Source: Methanomassiliicoccales archaeon | GTDB lineage: Archaea; Thermoplasmatota; Thermoplasmata; Methanomassiliicoccales; JACIVX01 | Reading direction: 5' to 3' | Length of the DNA stretch: 32,902 nucleotides | NCBI GenBank assembly: GCA_028682925.1 | Contig: JAJRAG010000045.1 | Location: forward strand, 1-32,902 | Shown: piece after piece, positions 17,975 through 25,867 of the stretch | How the letters are laid out: each line of letters begins with the position of its first letter | Position numbering within the stretch: the first letter of the stretch is position 1 | Notes under the pieces: generated by a model | The model's input: the letters and a program-made list of their open reading frames with translations, nothing else | What the model was told of the DNA's origin: nothing | Database searches by the model: none | Made by a program: the position numbers and the translations under genes

Positions 17975-18577
17975 CTATCCCAAGAATCCTTTCGCGATGA
18001 TGTATATCTCCGAACTTGATGATCGAGATGCCTTCGGACCGTGAAGCCGGACTTCGCCAAAGTGCTTCCTCACCTCCGCAAGGAAATCCTGCATCAGGTC
18101 CCCCTGGAATATCTTCATGACCATGCATCCGCGCTTCTTCAATATCTTTGATGCAAAAACCAGGCCGTGGTGGCACAGCTCGACCGACCTCGCATGATCC
18201 ATGGAATAACTGCCGCTGATGTGCGGCGACATGTCCGATAGAACGACGTCCACCTTGCCCCCGATCTGGGAAAAGAGCTCGTTAACCGTCTCCTCTTCCC
18301 GTATGTCCCCTCTGATCACAATGACATCGTCAATCGGCTCGATCGATTGCATGTCGAGACCTACGACCTTTCCGGTCGGACCGACGACCTCCCGCGCGAC
18401 TTGAAGCCAACCTCCGGGGGCGGCACCAAGATCGACCACTCTGGCACCTTTGCGAAGAATGTGAAATCTATCATCAATCTGCTTCAGCTTGAAAGCGGCC
18501 CTGCTTCGATAGTCCATCTTCTTCGCCTTCTTGTAGTAGTAGTCATTCCTGCGCTCAGCAAGCCAGCGCTTCGACAT
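17975..18577 (-). CDS. rlmE: 23S rRNA 2'-O-methyltransferase RlmE/FtsJ
   Basis: YRSRAAFKL, DLGAAPGGW, VLSDMSP, KIFQG, SSEIY (K-D-K-E tetrad). Confidence 0.96.
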   Translation of the reverse strand: MSKRWLAERRNDYYYKKAKKMDYRSRAAFKLKQIDDRFHILRKGARVVDLGAAPGGWLQVAREVVGPTGKVVGLDMQSIEPIDDVIVIRGDIREEETVNELFSQIGGKVDVVLSDMSPHISGSYSMDHARSVELCHHGLVFASKILKKRGCMVMKIFQGDLMQDFLAEVRKHFGEVRLHGPKASRSSSSEIYIIAKGFLG

Positions 18578-18667
18578 CGCCCACCAATCCTTGTTCGCAG
18601 GGCATAAATGTTTGCTCGGACGGAGGTTATTTCAGAGGGCCCGCCGATTACCAGTCCGGGACGGTCG

Positions 18668-19693
18668 ATGACGCGGAGAGGTTGGACGTATGCTCGTGCT
18701 GGCGTCGATATCAATCGAAAATCCAGAGCGATAGACGCGCTCGTGGACCAGCTGAGATATCGGAGGAAAGGTCGAGGCAAGATGCTAGATGTCATCGGAC
18801 AGTTCACCGGTATGATCGATTTCGGAGACTTGGCCCTCACCCTTTGCACAGATGGCGTCGGAACCAAGCTGCTCGTGGCTGAAGCCCTCGACAAATGGGA
18901 CACCGTCGGCATCGACTGCATTGCGATGAACGTCAATGACACGATTTGCGTCGGGGCCGAACCGATAGCCCTCGTAGACTACATCGCCATGGACCAGCCA
19001 AACGACAGGATTGCCGAGGAGATCGGAATCGGACTGGAGAAGGGTGCAAGACTATCCAACATTGACATAGTCGGAGGGGAAATCGCGATATTGCCGGAAA
19101 TGGTCCGCGGGGTCGACCTGTCGGCCAGCTGCCTGGGTTTCGTAAAGAAGAATGGCATCGTCGATGGTTCCGGAATCGAGGTGGGAGATGCGATAATAGG
19201 ACTGAGGAGCTCCGGAATTCATTCGAACGGACTGACTTTGGCGAGGAAGGTGTTGAAGGACAACGAAATCGAGAATGATGACACATTGGCAGGCCTTCGG
19301 TGCACCGTCGGGGAGGAACTCCTCACCCCCACCAGGATCTATGTGAAGAAGATACTGAAGGTACTCGACGCGTGCACGGTCGGAGGCATGGTGAATGTCA
19401 CCGGGGGAGGATTGAGGAACTTTGTAAGGTTGAAGAAGGGCGTCATGTTCGAGATCGATGGTCCCTTCGTGCCTCAGAAGATATTCAAGATCCTGTCTGA
19501 GATCGGCAACATTCAGCCGAAGGAGATGTACCAGACTTTCAACATGGGCATGGGGTTCGCGCTCGTATGTCCGGCCGAACAAACGAAGGACGTCCTCAGG
19601 GTTCTTGGAGAGGGGGCGAAGGTCGTCGGTGAGGTTAGAAAAGGAGACGGCGTCGGAATTCCGAGCTTAGATCTTCATTACAGAAGCTACTGA
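18668..19693 (+). CDS. purM: Phosphoribosylformylglycinamidine cyclo-ligase (AIR synthetase)
   Basis: TYARAGVDI, TDGVGTK, AMNVND, GGEIA, SSGIHSNG, TGGG, TFNMGMG. Start at ATG 18668. Confidence 0.96.
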   Translation: MTRRGWTYARAGVDINRKSRAIDALVDQLRYRRKGRGKMLDVIGQFTGMIDFGDLALTLCTDGVGTKLLVAEALDKWDTVGIDCIAMNVNDTICVGAEPIALVDYIAMDQPNDRIAEEIGIGLEKGARLSNIDIVGGEIAILPEMVRGVDLSASCLGFVKKNGIVDGSGIEVGDAIIGLRSSGIHSNGLTLARKVLKDNEIENDDTLAGLRCTVGEELLTPTRIYVKKILKVLDACTVGGMVNVTGGGLRNFVRLKKGVMFEIDGPFVPQKIFKILSEIGNIQPKEMYQTFNMGMGFALVCPAEQTKDVLRVLGEGAKVVGEVRKGDGVGIPSLDLHYRSY

Positions 19694-19724
19694 GACCGCC
19701 CAGGGAGCCGTTTGAAATATGATG

Positions 19725-20288
19725 TCAACGGTTCTCAGTTGACATTCGTCTCATAGTGTGAAACAACACAGCGACGACGGCCCCCAGTGCTGTACAGGTC
19801 TCGAGAGAATACCCGCCATTGGTGATGTCCAGATGGTGTTGGGCGATTCTTGAAACCTCTTTGGGGGTCCCCTTTGGTCCAGTGCCGAATATCAAACAGA
19901 CGCTTTCCCCATCAAGAAGCATCGAACAGACGTCGTCGACGCTTCTCCGCTTCTTGTCCTCTGCATTGCACGTGGTCAGCACGGTCTCACCCAATTGCGG
20001 AGGGAAGCCCTTGCTTATGTACGGAAAGGTCTGGAAACGACCAGTTGAAGCAAGTTCCGTCAGGTAGCTACCATCCTCCCCGATAGATGTTGTCGTCGCG
20101 ATCCAGTTGGATATCTCCATTGGAGTCGAGAGGTCCCGCGGGAACGGGAACCCGAACGTCGCAAGATTAGCGTCGAATGCGAGAGAGATCGGCCCAGCTC
20201 TGGCCAGTATCCTCCTGTGGGCTTCCCTGAACTTGGCGGGATCGTATGAGTTGTAAAGACCTACGGTCATTCTTCCAAGTCTGGGCAC
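19725..20288 (-). CDS. DUF531-family protein (predicted SPOUT-fold methyltransferase)
   Basis: GLYNSYD..EAHRR..ARA, TTSIGEDG.YL, FPPQLG, FGTGPKG, YSLETCTALG. GTG 20288 lies about 24 nt after a TTTATTA box, suggesting a leaderless start; ATG 20312 or 20270 are alternatives. Confidence 0.8.
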   Translation of the reverse strand: MPRLGRMTVGLYNSYDPAKFREAHRRILARAGPISLAFDANLATFGFPFPRDLSTPMEISNWIATTTSIGEDGSYLTELASTGRFQTFPYISKGFPPQLGETVLTTCNAEDKKRRSVDDVCSMLLDGESVCLIFGTGPKGTPKEVSRIAQHHLDITNGGYSLETCTALGAVVAVLFHTMRRMSTENR

Positions 20289-20395
20289 GATTTGGGATTT
20301 GCCTCCGGGCATAATAAACCATTCCTCCAATCGAAAGCACTGCAAGGTCGGAAGAGGAAGAAGAGCGGAGGATGGGCAAAGGAGGAAGCGAGCGT

Positions 20396-21454
20396 TCAGT
20401 CTATGTCCATTGGGACCTTCTTGATGCTTTTCAGCATATCTCCATCCCAGACGTATCTGAGCCTCTTGCGGTTCTTCCACACTCCCTTCTGCAGGATGTA
20501 ACCGACCATTAGGCTAAGTCCGATCGACGCCTCGACGTACACGACGGCCTTCGTCGCGTTCCTGTTGATCTTGCCCCAAGACTGTGCCTCCTCAAAAGTG
20601 CAGCCGGAGAGGCCGCCCCAATAGGGAACATCGGTAGTGATCTGTATGGCGTAGTGGTGGCCGCCTTTGTCGTGGCCCAGAGTCTCGGCGATCACCTCGG
20701 TCTGCTGTATGTAGTTCTTCGGGACGCCGCCTCCGATGTATATGACACCGGTCTTGTCCGACTTAATCTTTATCTGGGCTATCTCCCAATTGTCCCGTAT
20801 CGGATCGATGCTCATGAATGGCTTGTTTGCCTTGCGCATCCTTACGTACATTCCCGTCAGCCCGATGCCGATGGATGAGTCGTTAAGAGCGGGGACGAAG
20901 ACCGGGACTCCGTACCTCCTTGCATTGTAAAGGATAGAGTCTTTGCCAGACTGTTGGCCCAGTATCTCCATGAACTCTCGACTCGAGTAGCCGCGTGGCT
21001 CGAGCCCTCCCGCAATGTCGCCGATGAAAGCGTCAGTCTCTCTGAATTTCTCCTCATCGACCAGCGTATCGTATATTCTGTCAAGGAAGAACTCCCTCAA
21101 CTTCAGATCGTCGATATTGGGGGAGCACTTGTAGTGACTGTACCCCCTCGACTGGTAGAAGTCCTGATATGGGATCGCACCGATCGACACGATTCCGTCG
21201 ACAATGCCATACCTTATCATGTCGACTATGATCTTCCTAAGCCCTGCAGCGACCAAAGGACCGGCAAGACCCAAAAGGATCGTCGGTCGGCTCGGGTCCT
21301 TCAGGGCGTTCTCGTACGCCATGGCACATGTGGCCAAGGCTCGACTCTGCACAGAGCTATCCTTATATGCTTCGACCAGATCCTCAACCGTCGAGATTCT
21401 GTCGAAGTCGATGTGCTTCACTTTCTCTTTCAACAAATCCTTTCTGCTGACCAT
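20396..21454 (-). CDS. Deoxyhypusine synthase family protein
   Basis: LVAAGLRK, DRIYD, PALNDSSIG, IGGGVPKN, GGLSGCTFEEAQSWGK (active-site Lys). Start at ATG 21454 after GAGGG. Confidence 0.92.
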   Translation of the reverse strand: MVSRKDLLKEKVKHIDFDRISTVEDLVEAYKDSSVQSRALATCAMAYENALKDPSRPTILLGLAGPLVAAGLRKIIVDMIRYGIVDGIVSIGAIPYQDFYQSRGYSHYKCSPNIDDLKLREFFLDRIYDTLVDEEKFRETDAFIGDIAGGLEPRGYSSREFMEILGQQSGKDSILYNARRYGVPVFVPALNDSSIGIGLTGMYVRMRKANKPFMSIDPIRDNWEIAQIKIKSDKTGVIYIGGGVPKNYIQQTEVIAETLGHDKGGHHYAIQITTDVPYWGGLSGCTFEEAQSWGKINRNATKAVVYVEASIGLSLMVGYILQKGVWKNRKRLRYVWDGDMLKSIKKVPMDID

Positions 21455-21508
21455 TGAGAATCCCTCAGACAATTCGAATTCAGATGCCTCCGGTCCCCTC
21501 GAGATTCA

Positions 21509-21679
21509 TCAGAGCTCGCGTCCAGTCTTTTTAGGACGGCTGCAAATCGCATACTCGTCCCCGTCGAAGAAAACGTCCAGCTCAGGATGCTCGGTCTGAA
21601 TCTCCTCGATTTTCCTGAGGACCTCCCGCAGTGTCATGTCGCTGTTCTTGTCTATTTTGACGTATATGCGCTTCTCCAT
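21509..21679 (-). CDS. Small hypothetical protein (56 aa, absent from the ORF track)
   Basis: Translated by hand: MEKRIYVKIDKNSDMTLREVLRKIEEIQTEHPELDVFFDGDEYAICSRPKKTGREL*; AGGTG RBS; AT-rich TATA-like box about 50 nt upstream. Confidence 0.8.
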   Translation of the reverse strand: MEKRIYVKIDKNSDMTLREVLRKIEEIQTEHPELDVFFDGDEYAICSRPKKTGREL

Positions 21680-22051
21680 CCACGACACCTGGCTGCAGCC
21701 GATGCTGTACTAAGATGCTCGTGTCTGTATTTATCTTTTTGTCATCTTTGATTGCACCAAGAGAAGTGTCTCACGGAATCCAGACACCCGGATTCATCGA
21801 AAAGAAAGGGAGACATCTGTTTGATCATCGACCATTTCGAATTGATCACAATTCAAAACGTCTTCCTTGTTGCAATAGTGTTGAATTCGTGGCATGAGAC
21901 AACAATCAAGCCAGATCGTTACGATCGACATCAAAAGAACTAGGTTCTGAGTTGATATCGAAAAGGGGTAACAAGACCAGAACGTTAAAATATCAATATC
22001 AATCTAAACTTGGTCTAAGTCAACATTATTTCGGCCAGCAGGTGAAACTGA

Positions 22052-24004
22052 GTGCAGAAGAAATCGGAGGGAGACAACCTGGACTACCAGGGAACACTAG
22101 ATGGTTCCAAGGCATCTTCTGAAGAGACTGGTCCGATTGAAACGGACGATGTATCGCCAGAGAAGACGGACGAACTCAAGAGATGGTTGAGCGGAGAGGA
22201 TACCCTTCTTTCTTGGCTTAATGAAGGTCCGGAATCGGGACTGCTCGTCAATTCTGACCTCGAAATCGGAGGAAGTATAGAACCTTCGGAAGATCAGCTG
22301 GCTTTGAAAGAGAAGGTTGCAGACTATGAGGACGAGCTCACGCGATTGAGGAAAGAAATCAATGAGATGAGGGCAAAGGACGATATTGTCGGACCCGATG
22401 AATCGGTGACCGCGAGGAAGCTGCGAGAGCTGTCGAATGAGAATACAAAGCTACTGAAGGAGTTGGAGAGCGCACGGGAATTGAGGGAAGCGCTCAAGAA
22501 TCAGTTCGAGATCTCGATGAAGGACCTTCCCGGAGATAGGGTGTCAATCATTCAGAAGGAATTGGAGCTCAAGGAACTCGAGAAAGAGCTGACCTCCAGA
22601 GAAGCCATCGTGGCAGAAAAGGAATCGATGTTGAGGGACAAACCGATATCCACCGAAGACGGAATTGACCTCGAGGAGAGATTCCACGCTGAGCTCAGAG
22701 AAAAAGATCTAGAGTTCCAGCGCAGGGAGCAGGAGCTCTTGACGAAGATCGAGGGGCTTGAGCAAAACCTCAAACAGAAAGTGATGGATGACGAGCTTCT
22801 TGAGAACGAACTGAGAATCGCGCGGATGACTGGCCCCGACGCGCAGAAGGAGATACTGGAGAGAACAAAGAGTCTCGCGCTCAAGGAGAAGTCCATAATG
22901 CTGAAGGACGCGGAAATCGAGAAACTCAGGATAGAGAATCGGGAGAAGGATGATGAGCTTTCGAAGATCAAATCCGTCGTCTCATATAAAGAAGAAGAGA
23001 TCCTTCGAAGAGACGAGGATTTGTTCTACAGAGAGAAGGTACTGTCAGAGGAACGACGCAGATACGATGAGATGAAGAAGCAGCTCTCAGGCCTCGACGA
23101 GGTGGAACTCAAGAAGCGCCTCGAGGATCTGAAGATGGAAGTCCAAAGGAAGGAGGAGGAAATCCGAGCAAAGGAGAAGTACCTCAATTCGAAAATGGAA
23201 GAGCTGCGCCGGAGAGAACAAGGCATCATCGAGGACGAGATATCGGCGAGAGAACAAGACAGAGCACTTGAGGTGCAGCAGGCTAAGGTGAAGACCGGAA
23301 ACGACCGTTTGGACGACCTTCTGCTTGGAGGTATCCCGTTCGGATCGAACATTCTGGTTCATGGTCCGCCCTTCGTAGGAAAAGAAGTGATGATGAACCA
23401 GTTCATGGCAGAGGGCCTCAAGAAGGGGCTACCAGTATTGTGGGTCCTCACAGACAAGACTCCTCACGACATCCGAGAAGAAATGAACTATGTCCTGTCC
23501 GGATACGAAGAATATGAGAAGTTGGGTCTGGTGAAGTACATCGACTCATATTCCAGGAGCATGGGGGAGACCACTGACGATCCTTTTACCACCTACATCG
23601 ACGAACCGACCGACCATGACTCGATTATGGAAAACGTCGAGAAAATTGTAAAGCAATACAAAGAGAAGCACGAGCTCTACCGCCTCGCATTCCGATCCAT
23701 CTCGACCCTGATAGCCTACTCAGATCCAAACACGGCGTTCAGATTCTTGAGCCCATTCTGCGGCAGGAGGAAGAGGGACAAGGCAGTCGCACTCTTCACC
23801 GTGGAGAAGGGCGTGCATGGTGAGCAGGAAATCCAAATGCTTGGATCGATCATGGATGGAATGATCGATTTCAAGGTTGACCAGTTGAGAACGTTCTTCG
23901 CGGTCAGTGGCATCTCTGACGTGCAATCAAGAGCGTACATAAGGTACACTTCGAGCAAGCATGGCCTGACAATAGGCTCATTCGCCCTTGAGCACATTCG
24001 TTGA
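22052..24004 (+). CDS. Coiled-coil protein with C-terminal KaiC/RAD55-like domain (degenerate Walker motifs)
   Basis: About 330 aa of E/K/L/R-rich coiled coil followed by VKTGNDRLDDLLLGGIP..GPPFVGKE..YIDSY..MDGMIDF; GTG start after AGGTGA. Confidence 0.9.
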   Translation: MQKKSEGDNLDYQGTLDGSKASSEETGPIETDDVSPEKTDELKRWLSGEDTLLSWLNEGPESGLLVNSDLEIGGSIEPSEDQLALKEKVADYEDELTRLRKEINEMRAKDDIVGPDESVTARKLRELSNENTKLLKELESARELREALKNQFEISMKDLPGDRVSIIQKELELKELEKELTSREAIVAEKESMLRDKPISTEDGIDLEERFHAELREKDLEFQRREQELLTKIEGLEQNLKQKVMDDELLENELRIARMTGPDAQKEILERTKSLALKEKSIMLKDAEIEKLRIENREKDDELSKIKSVVSYKEEEILRRDEDLFYREKVLSEERRRYDEMKKQLSGLDEVELKKRLEDLKMEVQRKEEEIRAKEKYLNSKMEELRRREQGIIEDEISAREQDRALEVQQAKVKTGNDRLDDLLLGGIPFGSNILVHGPPFVGKEVMMNQFMAEGLKKGLPVLWVLTDKTPHDIREEMNYVLSGYEEYEKLGLVKYIDSYSRSMGETTDDPFTTYIDEPTDHDSIMENVEKIVKQYKEKHELYRLAFRSISTLIAYSDPNTAFRFLSPFCGRRKRDKAVALFTVEKGVHGEQEIQMLGSIMDGMIDFKVDQLRTFFAVSGISDVQSRAYIRYTSSKHGLTIGSFALEHIR

Positions 24005-24028
24005 CGGCATTCGGCGCAATTTGACCGT

Positions 24029-24466
24029 TCAAGCAACTTCAACGCTTTCTCCAGGCCCTCTTACGTTCTTCTTTTGAATATTCACCCTTGGTAGCGGAAA
24101 GGGTGGAGGCAGCCTAATATCCCGAGAGACGAGCAAAGCTGTTGGGATACAGTTCGAGACAATCGAGTTGTGGACAAGGTTCGCTGCCTCATCGGGCATG
24201 GAGTTCTTCTTCGACCATTCGTCCACGAGAATCGAGACCTCGCCGCATAGCGTTATTTGGCCTTCAATCTTTATGTATCCCATTCCGACATAGTTAGCGG
24301 TGAACCTGAACTCGACCGAAGCGGTATCCTCCCCAACCTTCGAGATCTGGGTCACTGTACTGTTCTGATCGATTCTGACATTGGAGATCCGTTCACCAGA
24401 TTTTGAGAATCTCTTTGCCTCGATCGTGTGCGTCTCAAATCCCTTGACCTGCATCCTCACGCCCAA
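24029..24466 (-). CDS. Hypothetical protein with probable SecB-like fold
   Basis: Four beta-strands, a helix pair and C-terminal LPPPFPLPRVN resembling the SecB PPLxLxPxN tail; start TTG 24466 or ATG 24454. Confidence 0.7.
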   Translation of the reverse strand: MGVRMQVKGFETHTIEAKRFSKSGERISNVRIDQNSTVTQISKVGEDTASVEFRFTANYVGMGYIKIEGQITLCGEVSILVDEWSKKNSMPDEAANLVHNSIVSNCIPTALLVSRDIRLPPPFPLPRVNIQKKNVRGPGESVEVA

Positions 24467-24545
24467 TGGGCCAATCGCTCATTTAGATAATAGACATTTC
24501 GACAGCGACTGAAGCATGAAAGGTTGATTTCATTGAACGTCGAGA

Positions 24546-24638
24546 TGCCGCGGGCCGGACTTGAACCAGCGACTTCAAGATATCCGCTCCCGTGCAGGGA
24601 ACTTCAGTCTTGCACTCTCCCAACTGAGTTACCGCGGC
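24546..24638 (-). tRNA. tRNA-Phe(GAA) with a 20-nt intron at position 37/38 (24582-24601); CCA not encoded
   Basis: GCCGCGG acceptor stem, D arm ACTC-AGTTGGGA-GAGT, anticodon arm CAAGA-CTGAAG^A-TCTTG, T arm GCTGG-TTCAAGT-CCGGC; TTTATTA box at 24671-24665. Confidence 0.97.
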
Positions 24639-24943
24639 TTGCGCTCAGAGAACAGAGAGGGTTGTAATAAAGCTTACTTATTGACGAATCTGGATATACT
24701 TCGTCATATTCAAGATCCCCAGCGCTGCGACCTGTCATTCGACATCGCTGGCGGAGATGCTTTTGTCGATGGTTGGCAATAAAACGATGGTACCGAGAAA
24801 ACGCTCTCCAACGCGTTTCTGACGTCGTTCTCAATTCGAGCCAGCAATCACGACATGTTTAAATAGTTATATGTTGCTCATTTTCACCCGAAGGAACTGG
24901 GTCACTGGTGTAGCGTATGTTCGGTTCCCGTGAGGGACTACGG

Positions 24944-25852
24944 ATGAATAGATTGAGCAAGCGTCACTTTCTGAAGCGTGATAGGGAAGGAGTCGCTTCG
25001 ACAGTGGGCACGATAATGGCCTTGCTAGTATTCATGACATTTCTCTCGATGTTCACGAACTCGTACATTCCAGTATGGATGCAGGACAACGAAAGGGCAC
25101 ATATGAACCAGGCTATCAACCAGTTTGCAGACCTCAAGGGAAAGATAGACAGCCTTATTGTCACTGCCCAAGTGACTGGATCCAGCACGATTCACATGTA
25201 TTCACCGATAACGCTCGGTGCCCAAGGGATACCTGTCTTTGCCTCCCCGACGGCCGGGTTGTTGACCTACTCTCCTCAGGGAACGGGTGACTCAGGCATC
25301 TACGTTAAGTTCAACTACTCACTTGATGGGGTGAAGACCAGAGTGTCGGAATCGGGTGGCGGTATGGTGGAGCTGTATGCGCCGAATAGGTATTACGTCC
25401 AGCAGTGGGTCGGATATGAGAACGGCGCGATGATCGTAAAACAGCAAGACGGTCAAATCCTAAGGGCATGGCCGAGCATCCAGGTCGAGAAAATTGGGTC
25501 CTCGATAAATATCAGGTTCACTCAAATCGACTTTATTGGGACTAATGCTAGCGTTGGCGGTACCGGCACGGTCGGCCTGAATCTGAACCTGGTCTACATC
25601 GACTCCCAGACATATTCATTTGACAGCACTAGTGGAATGGATGTGAACATAACGTTCAGAACGAGATACTGGGACGCATGGCAGCAGTTCCTCGATGACA
25701 CGTGCTTGAAGGCCGGACTGACTTCTCCCACGAACTACGGAATAAAAATCCAGCAAGTGAATGACAATGTCGAGACCGTCACGCTTTGGATAAAGAATTC
25801 AGGAACGATGATCTACAATAGAGCGTTCATGGACGTATCGGTGCAGATCTGA
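24944..25852 (+). CDS. Archaeal type IV pilin-like protein with class III signal peptide
   Basis: Basic leader KRDREG followed by hydrophobic VASTVGTIMALLVFMTFLSMF; YENGAMI motif; first gene of the ATPase/TadC operon. Start ATG 24944 (or 24917). Confidence 0.85.
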   Translation: MNRLSKRHFLKRDREGVASTVGTIMALLVFMTFLSMFTNSYIPVWMQDNERAHMNQAINQFADLKGKIDSLIVTAQVTGSSTIHMYSPITLGAQGIPVFASPTAGLLTYSPQGTGDSGIYVKFNYSLDGVKTRVSESGGGMVELYAPNRYYVQQWVGYENGAMIVKQQDGQILRAWPSIQVEKIGSSINIRFTQIDFIGTNASVGGTGTVGLNLNLVYIDSQTYSFDSTSGMDVNITFRTRYWDAWQQFLDDTCLKAGLTSPTNYGIKIQQVNDNVETVTLWIKNSGTMIYNRAFMDVSVQI

Positions 25853-25867
25853 TGATGAAGCGGTGTA

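Noticed and set aside
19725..20480. 251-aa version of the DUF531 ORF
   Set aside because: The extension overlaps the DHS gene and its pyrimidine-rich terminator region; family similarity begins near 20270.
24710..24835. Hairpins between tRNA-Phe and the pilin gene as an integration-site (att) remnant
   Set aside because: They lie on the 5' side of the tRNA, no duplicated tRNA 3' end or integrase is in the window, and the stems are modest.
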